DNA of 62,968 bases, filler included, from Neolecta irregularis DAH-3 (Eukaryota), in NCBI GenBank assembly GCA_001929475.1. It is 9 parts of 9 records of this genome, joined end to end, with 100 filler letters (N's around TTAATTAATTAA, not from the genome) between each part and the next. Parts side by side here need not be neighbours in the genome. Positions count along the whole stretch, not along the records: positions 38,012 to 56,884 come from LXFE01000593.1; positions 56,985 to 59,785 come from LXFE01000599.1; positions 59,886 to 61,805 come from LXFE01000600.1; 6 more parts are not named here. One strand, 5' to 3'. A program made the position numbers and the translations under genes. Below the pieces are notes generated by a model. It made no database searches, was not told the DNA's origin, and saw nothing but the letters and a program-made list of their open reading frames with translations. Within the stretch, counting starts at the first letter, position 1. Every line of letters starts with the position of its first letter. This document shows, in pieces, positions 47,886 to 61,905 of the stretch.

Positions 47886-48627
47886 TGTTCAAAAAGAAAG
47901 GTAAATCGATAGAACGGAAAGTGATTGTCGGGAAGTATTGAAATCACGTGCCGTTCAATCACTTTGGCACGTCATATCGTCAAACACGGCTTCGTTCCCC
48001 ATCCACCAGTCCTGAAAATTTAGTCCTACGGCCTCCAAAACTTTTATGACAAGATTCAAAGAGAGGAATAGTTGGGGACCTAGTTTGGATAAAATCACCC
48101 TGTGAAGGGTGTTGTTATCCCAGTTTAAAAAGACTACCTACGTTGCCTTTACCAGAGGTGGGAATTCATTTTATCCTGGATTCTGGACTGTCCATTTGAC
48201 AAAGCACTGAAAATGTCATTGTCATCATTATCCAAAGAAATATCGTCTATTTGCCTGCACTCAACTCCAACCTGTTTGTGAATATATTTGAACTAAAGGA
48301 AGCCCCTGTGTCTCTCACTTGATGATATAATGCCAGTGAATCGTAGAAAATGGTGCTGAGATTTCTGTATTAGTTTTCAGCCGACTGAAGATCCTAATTT
48401 TTGGAAATTTTGTTTCAACAATCCCAAATCTAACGAGAGCTGTAACCTAAATTCAATCCATCTATTTTCTGGAAGGCCACTTACTGATTCCGCTAGAACC
48501 GATAATATACTACAAATTGGAGGGCTTTCGCACCTTGTCCAACAGGTTTCTAATGTCTAGGGCCCTAATTTACCACCATGCAGATCTAGCTAATATAGAA
48601 ACGCTTCAAAATTACAAGGATTTGACA

Positions 48628-49863
48628 TCATGTCAATTTATCAAGTTCTTCCATTACTATATCAACATTATCCAATAATGATCCTCCTATAGTTTTTTGT
48701 AAATTCCATCTGGCGAATTCAACTATTCGTTTCATGAAGCTGATATCTTCACCTGTTTTCTGCAAATGTCTCTCATTAAACATGACAGCACAAAGATCGC
48801 CCGCGAATATTCCTGTTACTGGATAGCCGAAAGGAAGTACATGCAGATAGAAGTTAAGGACTAGGAGGCCATATTTTGTGGCTTTGGGCCAATCTTGCTG
48901 TTCAAGGGAATCTTCAAAAGCCTCACTGCAAAGTCGAATCGCCATATAGTTGAAAAGTTGGGGGACGGAACTGAACTGATTAATTTCCAATGAAAGCCAG
49001 TCGAACGAGATGTTTGTACGATTCTCCAAAATATTGTCAATGGATAATCGAGCCAATGTGAGGTAATTATCTATGTTGCCGATCATTCTATCCTGCGAAT
49101 CAGCAGTTCTCCGCAGTTCTCCGAGGCCCCTCATCCATCCAAACCCTTCACATGCCTCACAAATGCAATCGAACGAATACACTTCTTTCAAGTATGTTTT
49201 TCTCTCCTGTTCTGGTTTACGAATATCCAGATAAGCAATTTGAATTTCTGTATTTGGTTCGAGATCTCGTATAGCTTTGATGACCAGGTCTCTCCCTTTA
49301 AAGAAATATATCGCATTAGGCCAGCAGGAGTGATTGTAGTTTGCAGAAGCAGATGGATATACACCGAGGCCAATTTCACGAAAGCAATCATCGAGTATTG
49401 TGAAGGAGTTTCTTAAATTCTTCCGCGCCCAACAGCGAATATTACATTTCAAAAACCCGGTTTTGGCTGCAATGCGATCTGCAATGCGCATAGAAATATC
49501 GCAGTCGTTGCTTTCCAAAAGGCCTTCAAAGATGCGCTGTTCTGTTCCTGGTATCTGCATAATATAACCTAGGCGGGCGATCAAGCGTTCATCGTCCGTC
49601 CAATCGTCAGCTTCCTTTCCGCACCATGCCTTATGACATGCATCTATCCACCCAGTCTTTTGACATGAAATCGAGCAATATGCTATTTCTTTGCATTTCG
49701 CACAATGTTTCAGAGTTGTGACACGCAGACATGTTGAACAATGATTCGATCCAGACAACACAATTACCAAAGGCTTATGCGAAGCTATCGAGGTACCGCA
49801 CTCGATCGACTGGGATGCGACAGTAGAATTTCCCAGCTGAACTGAATTCTCTTGACGAAGCAT
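48628..49863 (-). CDS. SET and MYND domain lysine methyltransferase (SMYD/Set6-like)
   Basis: MYND CSTC...CAKC...YCSISCQKTGW..CHK; SET NHSCWPNA, EIQIAY; post-SET FDCICEAC. Confidence 0.88.
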   Translation of the reverse strand: MLRQENSVQLGNSTVASQSIECGTSIASHKPLVIVLSGSNHCSTCLRVTTLKHCAKCKEIAYCSISCQKTGWIDACHKAWCGKEADDWTDDERLIARLGYIMQIPGTEQRIFEGLLESNDCDISMRIADRIAAKTGFLKCNIRCWARKNLRNSFTILDDCFREIGLGVYPSASANYNHSCWPNAIYFFKGRDLVIKAIRDLEPNTEIQIAYLDIRKPEQERKTYLKEVYSFDCICEACEGFGWMRGLGELRRTADSQDRMIGNIDNYLTLARLSIDNILENRTNISFDWLSLEINQFSSVPQLFNYMAIRLCSEAFEDSLEQQDWPKATKYGLLVLNFYLHVLPFGYPVTGIFAGDLCAVMFNERHLQKTGEDISFMKRIVEFARWNLQKTIGGSLLDNVDIVMEELDKLT

Positions 49864-51212
49864 AGACTAAGGTGTTGGGGAGAGCATGTCAGGATTGAGG
49901 TGAGGTGGGAACCAGTGAGCGTTAATGTAGTATGGTCTGCTCGAATCATGGGGTAAATGTCACTATTCAACTCAGTCATAGAATCGACAGACATTCATTG
50001 GTTTTGAAAAAAAGAACGATTCCTTTTGTTTTGGTCAATATGCCTCTTGGGTGAGATTACGAAAACTGAGATATATCACTGCGAAGGTAATTACTAATTA
50101 AAAGCGGATGATGACTCTGAAATTTTGAATTTCAAAACAAACTAGATTTTTCTGGTGATAAATTGTCGCGTTTATTTGAGATAATATCAAAGGCAACTCG
50201 AGGAGCCAGACAACAAAGCTTGAGTCGACCTTTGGTCGCGGCTTCTTCTCCTTCAGAAGCCTGTGTCGAAGCTATACGATGACGATAGAGTAATAAGTGG
50301 TAGTATGCAATAAAGCATCCATACGAGGCAGAATATCGGTCATGTTTTGAGCTACAGAGTTTCCTGTTGATAGGAAATGCACTAATCATTTCTCAAACCA
50401 TTGCTTCAACGGTAATAACTCGGGTTTCCGCAGGATCAATGACATCGACACTTACCATTTAACAGATGAGAACAAAAGTGCGTATGAACTATTGCCATAA
50501 CGTTTGACTGTACGTTGAAGTTGCTGACTGGGCCCTCTTTCACTAAGCCTTGTAAGAGAAACTGGTCCCAGAATCACATCAAAAGACGAAAAAAAGAAGC
50601 TAACATACTATCCTTTAAGGCAGGTCATGAATGCCAGCATAATCACGATAGAATTCTTGATATAAGTATCACATCTCCATATAAAATTCGTCCATATTGC
50701 TAATTATAATCATCTAGACAAACGATTTATTTCACTTTGCCAAGAAATCCTTGGGTATCCACTGGCACTTTAAAATCTTTCCATGTCGAGGAGAGGAATT
50801 GGATGGACCGCATATATTGAGAATACCCAATTGATTATACAGTTTCATTTTGCTGTAAACCACAGGCCATTTGCGGGACGATCCATTCAAGTCGTCAGTA
50901 TCGTTGTAAAGTGAATAGAAAATATTTGTCGCCAAAAATGATTTTCCAATCTTACTCTCGATTGAATAAAATCATTCCCTATTGAACCTAAAATATTTTT
51001 TCAAAAGAACTGTTCTGAAGGGTAGCGGGAGGTGATCAAGTACCCAATCCGCCCCAATATATCTCGATTTACTCTGGCGTATAGAGTAGAGACTGTACAC
51101 GTATGATTAGTGAAGAAAGAGCAACAGGGTACAAAAGTCGAAATACAAAATTCCTTCCAAACCCCACCAATTGTCCATTAATAAACACACGCGCAAGGAG
51201 AAAACCGGGGAA

Positions 51213-54200
51213 TTATTCAAGTCCAAAAAGAAACAACAAGTCTCGTTGGGTAAGTCTTGCAATAGCCTTAGTAGCATCATCACTTAGGGCTCCTTCAATC
51301 TAAAACAAGTTAGTTTGAAACTAACGTGGAAACGCACCAATTCTCTTTTCTTTTCTTGAAGGGCTAATACCCGATCTTCGACGGTCCCTTTTATCACGAG
51401 TTTATGCACAGTTACAGGAAGATTTTGACCAATTCGATGAGTCCGATCGATAGCCTGATTTTCAGTTGATGGATTCTTTTATTAATTTACAACATAGGAC
51501 TAGGCATACCCAATAAGGATCAAATATAATGACTTCGGTTGCCGCTGTGAGATTTAATCCAACATTTCCTGCTTTTAGAGAGACTAGAAGAACGGTAATA
51601 TTCGGATTGTCCTGGAATGAAACGATCGCTTCATTTCGAGCGTTGGCAGAAAGTGACCCATCGTACTATCCAATCAATAATACATTCAAAGAACAAGGCT
51701 CACTCGACCAAATTTGATACCAGCTTCTCGCAAAGGATATTCTAGTATGTCTAAAAGCGTAGTAAACTGAGAGAAAATTAAAGTCTTGGTTCTGTGGTTT
51801 TTCCTGCAAGAGTTAATAATGGGCAAAGCCTTAAACGAGATACTTTCTCGTAGCCCGTAAAATATCCATAGTCTTTTCAACTTTTGCCGAGGGAACGTAT
51901 TGTCGACTACCCAAAGATCCATCAAGCTTATTAGATGACTCCATAGCTTTTCCTTTTCCTTTTGGATCAGCAAGAATTTTATCCTTTTCAGTTTCAGATT
52001 TTAATCTTTCTGGAGCGTGCGTCTTGTAAAACTCTTTCAAAGAAAAGACACGATTCATATCCAATCGACCTCTACATTGCGGACACTTTCCATGGGAAGA
52101 TTCCTGTCCAGCTTCAATATTGATCGCTTGTGCTTGAACAACAACGGAGAGAAGACATTCGGCACAATACTATCCCAATCAGCTATAAACTCAAAAAAGA
52201 CGACTTACATAATGCCCGCATTCAAGACAACTAGGATTATCCGCGGAATCAAAGCATATCGAACAGTCAAAACTTTCAAGGCTTTTGATTCGTTCGACTA
52301 CATCACTAGCTAAATGTGCAATTATTTCCGCTTGTTGATTTTTGGTGGATTCAATAGCACTAGATGGAACCTCGATGTTTTTGATTAAATGTGGATGACA
52401 ACACGCCTGGCGTAATCGTAACAACAACACAAGAATATTACTCTACATCAAACAATCAGTAATAAATTTCAACAAAAAGGATAAATACGTAATTACGACC
52501 AACGGTTCCGGCTTGTACATATCGATTCATTTGAATCAAACTTCTACTTTCCAAACGAGAATAAAAATCTTGTTCATCAGGACTAAACACCGCGTGAACT
52601 TGTTCAATTGTTTTCGGAGGTAAAGTCAATATTGGCCGTCCATCAATTTCACTCTCTTTTGTTCGTCGTAATAATACAGCTTTTAATAGCGCTTGTAACT
52701 TTTTCATAGCCTTGGAAATATATTGCTGACGCCCTGATTTCAAAGGTCTTGAAAAATTAGAGTTGAATTCAGATAAATTGTTGTATGGACGAATTCGAAG
52801 GAACTTTATTAGACTAAACAGTTCATCTACTCCATTCTAGTCATACTTAGCCTCCTCCGAAAAAGACACGAGAGGGTATACCTGCATAGGAGTTCCTGAA
52901 AGACACCATCGATATTTCGCTTTTAAAGTATGACAAGCCTTGGCGCTTTGTGTATTGTGGTTTTTAATCATCTGTGCTTCATCAAGGATTACTCGATACC
53001 ATTTCGCATCTGTAAATGGACAAGGAATAGGTGGTCGTTCAGGTAACTCTGGATTCTCCTCACGTAATTTATTGTGTTTTTCAATGGCTTTATATTCATA
53101 AGCAAGAGTATGAAAAGTGGTTAAAACGACGTCGTATCCAAGTAACTCTTTCGCTTTGAAATGTCTTCTGTGATTCGAATGGTGAATGTACACTTTTAAT
53201 TGTGGAGATGTTTTTGTTTTGATTTCGCGTGCCCATTGGTGGAGTAACGCTACTGGTGTCACGATCAAATTTGTCTTTGAAGAAAGGTCGTCGGATTTTC
53301 GGGATACAATTAGCGCGAGACTCTAGAAAAAATCAGCATATATAGGACAAAAGGGGACTTTTTGACCTGGACTGTTTTACCTAATCCCATATCATCTGCC
53401 AAGATTCCTCCACGGTTACTTCCTTGTTCCATTTTTTTCAACCATGTTAATCCCAATTTTTGATGTTCCATCAATGCAATGCGATCGCTTAGACCAGCTG
53501 GCGTGCCTTCTCGTAGATGAGCTGGTAATTCTTGATCAGGTCGGATATTCATCAACAGATTTTTTAAATCTTCTTTTGTTTGACTTGAATCCTGACGATC
53601 GTACATGCTTGAGTACATGTTATAATAACTCTGTGCCATGGCCGACATTCCATGAAACGACGGTGACTGTTGTGCAAAAAGTGGAGATGTATCGTCGTCG
53701 GAAGAATCGTCGAGGGAAATTGGATGATTGGGTGATGATCCGAGGGTATTTTTGGAATTGTCTGTGATCCATGGTAATTCGCGTTTAATTCGAGGTCCCT
53801 GTTGAGGATACGGATTTCTAGACCAAGGACTGTAACCCTAGAAATAAAAAGCTGTTCATATCATCAGGGATTTACCATATCGAATGGATTCCCTTGGCCG
53901 TTATTTAGGAGGTGAATGGCATCACTCATCCAAGACGGTTCTTCAAGGTTGACAGTAGACGAACTTGACAGATCAATAATATTCGACGAATGTTGAGGGT
54001 TAATTCGATGTGGTGCAGTCGATTCATTGCGTTGCCGGGGACTATAACTTGATTCTAAAGAATAGATACTAGGGACCCGACTCGCTTCAGGATTCACCAT
54101 AGAATCCGAGCTTTTGTCATCAAAAAGGAGAGTAGGTTCCACAGGACTATGATAACGATTCTTTGATCCAGGTGACATGGACATCTCTTTAGATATCTTA

Positions 54201-54699
54201 CTAGCCGAAAGCTGACAAGGTCGCATCAGAGACAACTCAGCACCAAGTGTACTCTGCACCGTTGGCACCGATAAACTTTGTCCAGACAAGGATCCGTTTT
54301 CTTCGTCCAACAACCATCTGGCAAACTCCTCATCCCTGAAAATAATCAGTACATACAGCACGAATGTAAAAAGTACTGCCGAATCTGTTCTAGTCGCCTC
54401 TCTTCCTCTTCAGTACGACCAAGTTCGCCCAACAACTGTCTCGCAAACGCGGCGTCCCTGAGATTAGCGTAAATGAAAGCGGGGCTAGTATACTCTTCCT
54501 GAATTTTCCTTCGTTTTGCTTCGTTTTCAAGGGGATCAGACAACGGTCTCCCATCTATTCTATTTCTCACAGATTTCGCTTGTTCGCTCAACTCTAGTAT
54601 CATCTCGTCGTTATCGGATGTATTCGAAAGAGAATCGCGAAGTAGAGTGATCTCGGAGAGATATTGACGCAGGTCTTCTGATTCTGCGTCGGTGGGCAT
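51213..54699 (-). CDS. SNF2-family ATPase with RING finger, Rrp2/Uls1-like
   Basis: [71 protein letters not shown]; about ten introns. Confidence 0.92.
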
Positions 54700-55495
54700 T
54701 ATTGCCGATATGCAAGTTTATGAAATCACTCAACATACAAACTACACCGCTAATCCCCTCAAAAAACGAGTAGGAATTCAACGATTTGAAATAAGCTTTA
54801 CGGGGCTAAAAAAACAATAAAGTCTATTGGACGGAGATAACTGGGTTGTTTCCCGGGCCAGTTTCTACAAGTGGCCATATCATTTGGGGGGCGATTCACA
54901 TGCAACAGCAGCTTTATAAAAGAGGCAGCATATTAAAACCTGCGGTAGCAGCAGCTCCAATAAATAAATAAAATAGGCAGCATATTAAACTATAGCAGCT
55001 CTTTCTATAAGATAAGCTTGCAAATAACTAGTGTAAAGATCAAACTATCTCAAAAAGTGTGTGAAAACAGAAAGGCAAAAAGAGGAACAGACACAAATCC
55101 CATTTTTCCAACTAATGAACAAAGAAGTGAAAAACAATAGAAGAAATTTAAGCTGACCTTTTCTTCAGATACAACAAGAGTAGAGAGAAAAAATAAAAGC
55201 CAACTACACCTGCCCCCCTGAACAAACACGAAGCACAACAACAACAACGACGATGACGACGAGGAAGACAGAGAGACTAGGAAAGAAATTCTTTTACGCA
55301 TACAAAAGAGAAATTGTATATCATTCCACCTAGACAGCAAAGAAATTTAAGAAACGGAAACAAACAAAAAGGAAGAGAGGAGGAAGGAAAAGAAATCAGG
55401 ATATGAGATATGGATCGCTTTTATTTCACCGTCCACTGCAACGAAACGTGACAAAAAACAAGGGAAAAACAGAGAAGAGTTTAGACAAGAATTGT

Positions 55496-56884
55496 TCATT
55501 GGGCAAAGACGGAATGTAATGGCCTTCCATCTGCGTCTAGACGGTCGTATCTGCCATCACGCATGTTTGTGTAGAGTTCATTCAAGCGGGTGACGCCCTG
55601 GGGATCCATTGGATCCGAGGGGACTTGAATTTGACCTGGAAGACCAGATTGAATTGGAGTGGGATGCATGTGGGCTGCATGAGTGTTCATTGGAGCGAAT
55701 GCACTGTAGTGATGTTGAGGCGGGAGACCCATGGATGAGTATACTGGGGGTGGAGCAGATTGTCTAGAATGTAAGCGCGAATATTAAAAAGAAAGAGAAT
55801 AAATACCGGTAGGGAGTTCCAGGGGGGCCTGAATTACTCTGACTTCTTCCCCATGAAAGACGGACCCTGGAGGATCCGATGGGATATCCCTGCATTTGAT
55901 TGATTGCAGCTTCAGCGGCATGTCGTTGGACAAACTGCACGAATCCACAGCCTTTGCCGGGGGGGATTTTAACATAGGTGATTTCGCCAAAGCCTTGGAA
56001 GAAACTTCGCAGTTCGTCTTCGGTGACGAAGCTGGAGAGGCCGCCTACGAATACGGTGGTGTTGTTTGGGTCAGTAAACTGGTTTAGGGTTTGGGGGGCG
56101 CCGTAGTAGCCGCCGCCCATGGAATAAGCCATGGGCATCAACCCGCCTCCAGCGGCGAGGCCTGGATTTCTGTTTTTTGGGGTGGCCGAGTTGATTCGCA
56201 TTGGCCTGTTGCCGCAGTAGACGCCTTGCATTTCAGATAGAGCGTCCTGCTGTTCTGCCTCGTCGCTGAACCTAACGAAACCGTATCCTCGGGAATGGCC
56301 TGTCTGGGCGTCTGTCATTATTTTTGCGGACTTGCAAGAGGGATATCTAGATTGAAAGATGTTCTGTGGTTAGAGGAGTATGGAGAACAGATACCAAAAG
56401 GACGAATTCGTTTGTTTCAGGGCCGAGGTCGCCGACGAAGATGGAGAATTCGGGGCCGCGGTCGTCGCTGTTTGGTGAGACAAGACGAGAAGGGAGGGTA
56501 CCGCCGGTCGTTCATACCGCCGCCACTGGCCCAGTTGAGCTTGAAGAGGCGATTTGAGTTTGGGATGAGCTGGCCATTGAGGGCGAGGGCCTTTGCGGCG
56601 GCGGTGGCGGAGGTGAATTCGACAAAGCAGTAGCCCGCGGGGGAGTTTTGGAACTTGTCGCGGATCATCTTGACATTTACGTTTTCGCCTTGGTTGTACC
56701 AGATTGCTCTGACTGCGGCTTCGTCCATCCAGGTGGGATCGAGTTCGCCCATCCTTGCGGGGAGGTCAGCGCGGGGCGGGCGGGAGCGGCGCACCAGAGC
56801 GTGTTCTTGGCCTCGCTGCTCGATCCCGCGGTGGATGCGGGCGTGTCGGTCGGGGCCGCGGCGGGCGCAGCAGTGGCCGTGGCC
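55496..56884 (-). CDS. Three-RRM RNA-binding protein, Ngr1/Nam8/Csx1 family, 5' partial
   Basis: LWMGELDPTWMDE, AGYCFVEF, FKLNWASGGG, SRGYGFVRF, DPNNTTVFVGGL, GKGCGFVQF, RVRLSWGRS. Confidence 0.93.
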
Positions 56885-57066
56885 NNNNNNNNNNNNNNNN
56901 NNNNNNNNNNNNNNNNNNNNNNNNNNNNTTAATTAATTAANNNNNNNNNNNNNNNNNNNNNNNNNNNNNNNNNNNNNNNNNNNNCTCTTCCTCTTCCTCT
57001 TCCTCTTCCTCTTCCTCTGCCTCGTCCTCTGCCAGTGCATCTCCGCCCTCGCTGCGCAGAAAAGCA

Positions 57067-59019
57067 GTGTCTGGGGTGTATGCTGGTGCTGCTCCTCCTA
57101 CTGCTACTACCACTCCTACCACTCCGCCTACCACCGCCGGGATACCTGCTGCTGCCACTGCTGGTGGGATATCTGCTGCTGATGGGATATCTGCTGCTGA
57201 TGGGAGACATGCTACCGCCGGGACAACCACCACGATACATGCTACCACCGGGACATTGAAAACCACCAGGATACATACTACCACCGGGACACCCACCAAG
57301 ATACATGCTACTGCGGGGACAACTACCAGGATAAATGCTACCACCGGGATATCGACAACCACCAGGACACATGCTACCACCAGAGCACATGCTACCACGA
57401 GCAAAAGATCGCTCGCTTCTGCCCTGCTCCTGGGCACCCGGCACGCCGCACCCGCCGTGAATGCCCTCTCGCTGCTGCTCAACACGCTGCTGCTGCTCGC
57501 CTGCCTCGACGCCACGTTCCGCCCCCTGCTGCTGCACCGCTGCCACTCCCTCGCGTTCGTCCGCGCGGGCGCCGTCTCCGCCTCCGCGGCCACGCTGTCC
57601 TTCCGCATTCCCGCCGCCCTGCCCGCCCGCCTGCTCTACCGCCCCGCCCACGCCGCCGCCTGGCTGCCTGGCCCCGCCATCCCGGCCCTCTCGCCCGCCT
57701 CAGACTATGTCGGCACCGCCACCCTCGCCCGCCTCGCCCCCGCCACAACCTACGAGTTCCGCATCCCCCGCGTCGGCTCCGGCCAGTTCGAGACCCCGCC
57801 CGCGCCCCTTTCCCCCGCAAAGTGGGGCTTTGTCTCCAGCTCCTGTGTAAAACCCTTCTGGCCCTACTCCCCGCTCAAGCACCCCCTCGACATCCACGGC
57901 TTCGACCTGCTCGCCGCAGACATCGACCCCTCGACAAAGTTTCTCCTCTTCCTTGGTACGCCCCTTGCCCCGCATGCTCACATCCCAGGCGATTTCATCT
58001 ACGTCGATGTCCCCATCCGCCCAGGCTCAGACACCGAGTCCTACAATATGCTGTATCGCCAAATATACGCATCCAGTTCATACAAAAAGATATACCAGCG
58101 CATTCCAACCCTTCATGTTTGTACGATCCCCCTTGATCTCTCCTCATTCTAGATGACGACCATGAAATCGCAAACAACTGGGATAAAGGCGAGACCGGCC
58201 GTATTTCGCTCCCCCAATCGGCCTAACTCTAGTTTACCGCCCTGCAATCGCCGCATTCGAGTCTTACCAGCATGCTGCTAATCCTAGTCCCGTCCATCCC
58301 AATGCAACATACTACTCTTTTGACTATGGTGACGTTTCATTCTTCATGATGGATACAAGGCGTTACCGATCTTCAAATTACGCTCCAGACGGTCCAGATA
58401 AAACCATCTTGGGACTAGAACAACGAAAAGCTTTAATAGAATGGCTTCACACCTCCCAAAATAACGGAATCATCTTCAAATTCGTAATTTCAAGCGTCCC
58501 ATTTACCAAAAATTGGAGGGGTCCAGATGCCGAAGCCGATACTTTTGCCGGATTCCTTCACGAACGAAAAATCTTGATCCAGGAAATGAATAAAGTCGGA
58601 AATGTAGTCGTATTAAGCGGAGATCGTCACGAAGTATGCTAGATTCCATGCTTTATTTAACCTTGTAGTTTGCTGCTACTAAAATTGATGGATATATCCA
58701 TGAATTCAGTACTTCGCCTTTATCCCAATTTTATCTTCCTATACGTACGTACAAACCACTTGACCATGAAGACTTGCAAATCAATTATCTCCCTGACGGT
58801 AATTATAAATATTCATTCTTTGATATAGATACCACCTTACCTGATCCAACCGTCACTGTTCGCGTGCATATTAATGGCAAAGAAGCTTGGAGATATACAG
58901 TTGTTGCAAATCAACATCCGCCAATTGATACATTCCATGTAAAACAGTCTTATTCGGCTGCTGATCTCGTGGCTGATATTTGGGGTTGGATTGAAATGAA
59001 GTCTTGGGGAACAAACTAG
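57067..59019 (+). CDS. PhoD-family alkaline phosphatase/phosphodiesterase, start uncertain
   Basis: SSCVKPFWPY, FLGDFIYVD, YDDHEIANNW, MDTRRYRS, ISSVPFTKNW, LSGDRHE; four introns; Thr-rich repeat insertion at the 5' end. Confidence 0.9.
57165..57400 (+). repeat. Coding minisatellite (IHATTGTTTR-like units)
   Basis: Repeated ATACATGCTACCACCGGGACA-like units; a (CTCTTC)n run lies at 56985-57017. Confidence 0.85.
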
Positions 59020-59210
59020 CCTTTAAATCTTGGACGGATTTCTATCCAAACATCGAAATTAAAATTAGAGATTAGCATTCATACATATTCTATTTGATTA
59101 AACACTGGAGCGCATGAATCGGTGCAGCATTTCATGGCTGCGATTTGGAGGGTTTTTCTGGTTATCCCGCAGTTATAAAATCAAAATTATAGATTCGAAT
59201 TCATGTTCTT

Positions 59211-59757
59211 CTATTTTAATTGTTTAAATATCCGCGGAGCAGCACATGAATCAACGCAATGCATCAAATGCATCAATTCTTCGACACACTAAATGGTCAT
59301 TATTCCCCCTTTAAAAAGTACTTGCGTCCTCCGGGTGACGTATTTTTCTTCCAGATTCTTCCGCCAAGGATTCTACTTTCATTACTCGTTCTTGACAGTC
59401 GTCGAAATGATATTTGGATGGTCTACATCCGTGTGTGTGTTTACATTCTATTATATGGTTGGGTTGGATGTGAAGTGTGGATAATTTACCCTCTTGTATC
59501 CCCGGCATAGGGTCTTCCGGCTCTTCTTGTTCTACCTCTTCCTCCTCTACCTTTTCTTCCTCCTCTACCTTTTCTTCCCCATCTTCTTCGCTTCCCATTC
59601 CATCACCTTCACGTTCATCGTTCCCTACTTGCCCGTCTTCTTCTTGTCCTGGTACTCCTTTTACTTCAACTTGAGCATCGATATCCTGTTCATCCGAACT
59701 TTTCGCTTCAGCGTGAATCGTAGGAAACGATAAAAAATCGGAAAGCCACGGTGTCAT
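59211..59757 (-). CDS. QCR6: Cytochrome bc1 hinge subunit
   Basis: Acidic N-terminus; spliced EDPM..IQEEC...C...KYHFDDCQERV...EDCVEELMHLMHCVDSCAAPRIFKQLK; GC-AG intron 59289-59325. Confidence 0.93.
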
Positions 59758-59885
59758 TGATTTTGAAAAGTGGAGTCGGACGTTTNNNNNNNNNNNNNNN
59801 NNNNNNNNNNNNNNNNNNNNNNNNNNNNNTTAATTAATTAANNNNNNNNNNNNNNNNNNNNNNNNNNNNNNNNNNNNNNNNNNNN

Positions 59886-60595
59886 CAATCATGAATTCAT
59901 ACCAATCATGAGCATATCGACCAAGTCATAATTTTTATTTCCCTGTCCCCAGCTGATGAAAGCTTGAACCTGAGGGTCAACAGAAGCGGCGCTGTCCATC
60001 CATAGACCCACAATGATCTTCATTCCATTGGCAGAAACGGCCTGCCCAACATTCTGAAGGGTGCCACAGCCGGTATCATAGGTTCGAACGGAATAAAAGC
60101 CTTTGTTCTTTAAAAAGGCAATATCGGACAAGACTTCATCTGTGGACTTGCAAGAGCCATCATTGTGGAAGGGGCTATAAGCAATTGTCCGTGCCTTGTA
60201 ATTTCCAGAGGAGGACCATGAACCAACGACACCTCCAGAGGTCGCAGTTGGCGTATTGGCTACTTCGGTGGAGGTCGCTTTGATGGGAGATTGAGTTATG
60301 GAAGCTGCGACGAATGGTGTGGTTTGGGGAGCTTGAAATGTTGTCGAGGTAGTGGGAATTGATTGAATTGTTTGCGTTGAGGCAAGAAGATATGTGGCCA
60401 GCGAAGATTTGGCCCTGTGAGGGATGGCTGGATTGAGGCCCTGCCTCCTTGGACTTGGCAAATAAACTCTATCTTTCGTGGAAAGACTTGTACTGGTAGC
60501 TGCTGTAAGCAGCGTTATCGTGGTTCTCGCAAACCTATTGGGACAGCTTCCAGTACACAAAAAAGCAAGGTGAGCAGGACAACAGCGAGATGCAT
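59886..60595 (-). CDS. Secreted GH17 glucanase/glucanosyltransferase (Scw4/Scw11-like), 5' half
   Basis: Signal peptide MHLAVVLLTLLFCVLEAVP, intron, Ser/Thr stalk, IAYSPFHNDGSCKS, VRTYDTGC; TATATAAA upstream near 60755-60762. Confidence 0.88.
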
Positions 60596-61162
60596 TGCCG
60601 AATGAGTAAAGACTAAACGATGGAGATGCGATTGACCTTCCAGAGATCAATGAAAGAGTGTTGGATTGCAAAGGACAGTAAACAAGCGGGTTGCGTATCG
60701 AGAACGAGACTCGGAGATAATCTCTTGTCTGGGCGAATTGGACAGGCATGAGGGTTTATATAATCCAGCATTGGCCGGATGCAGGCAGGTCAGTCGTTGC
60801 AAGAAGACAAGGCGTCGAGCTGCAAGGAGCTGAAAAATGTAGAAGGCTGGTGGTGCAGCCTGCCCAGAGGCAGCCGCCACACGGCCGTGTCTGGATCCGG
60901 CCGCGAAGGCGCAGGGACGGCTGGCACTTCCCGATCGCAGTCCCAATCCAGGAGAGGACGGCACTGGTGGGACATTTGCATGTGTTCTGCTTGGGGTGCA
61001 GGGTTCAAGGCATTGCCGCCGGGTTGCAAGAACCTGTGCATCTGCAGCAAAGTATCTGGGAGAGCTCGGTGGCATACCTAGGGCGCAAAAGCAAGAATAT
61101 ACGCCATGTAGAGGAATATGTAGTTGGATATAATAATCAATATCATCCGCTCAATAATATGA

Positions 61163-61805
61163 CTACCAGACATCGTTAGAAGGGTTCGTTAGGTCAAACA
61201 TTCCCCAGCTCTGCTCAACATTGAATCGACCAGGTTGCTTCCAAGGTTCCTGATAGGTCACGAAGAAACAAACATTCGGACCCATCACCGATAAGACACT
61301 TCCAATCGCAGTCTTCTGATTCGCATATGACGGAACCATGCCGCCATTGGTATTTCCGTGGTTGGGAAAGCCAGTTTCCGTAACGAAAATGTTCTTATTC
61401 GCACACGCAGCTGATACTTGATTTACGTATGATTGAACAAGGGCACCGTCGTCTGCAGCACTTTTAGAAGGATCGGCATCGAAGTATGGATGAGCATTTA
61501 GACCCACGACATCAAGGACGCCTGAGGCACACAAACCAGGATTCTAACTATTAGAGGATTCTGAGTAAGGACTTGAAACTTGAAGATAGGATTGGACCGT
61601 ATCAGCTGTGCCAATTGGACCAGTGTATCCTGCAGCTACAACTTGAGATCGAACTGATTTAATTTTAGCGATCAAATTGACCGCAGTGTCGCGGTTGGAG
61701 TAGAGCACTTCATTACCTTTAATATTAGACATGCATGATCAATCATGAATTCATACCAATCATGAGCATATCGACCAAGTCATAATTTTTATTTCCCTGT
61801 CCCCA
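61163..61805 (-). CDS. GH17 enzyme, 3' half (adjacent repeat unit)
   Basis: IGNEVL (acid/base), GYTGPIGTAD, NAHPYFD, VTETGFP (nucleophile), EPWKQPG..VEQSWG. Confidence 0.88.
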
Positions 61806-61905
61806 NNNNNNNNNNNNNNNNNNNNNNNNNNNNNNNNNNNNNNNNNNNNTTAATTAATTAANNNNNNNNNNNNNNNNNNNNNNNNNNNNNNNNNNNNNNN
61901 NNNNN

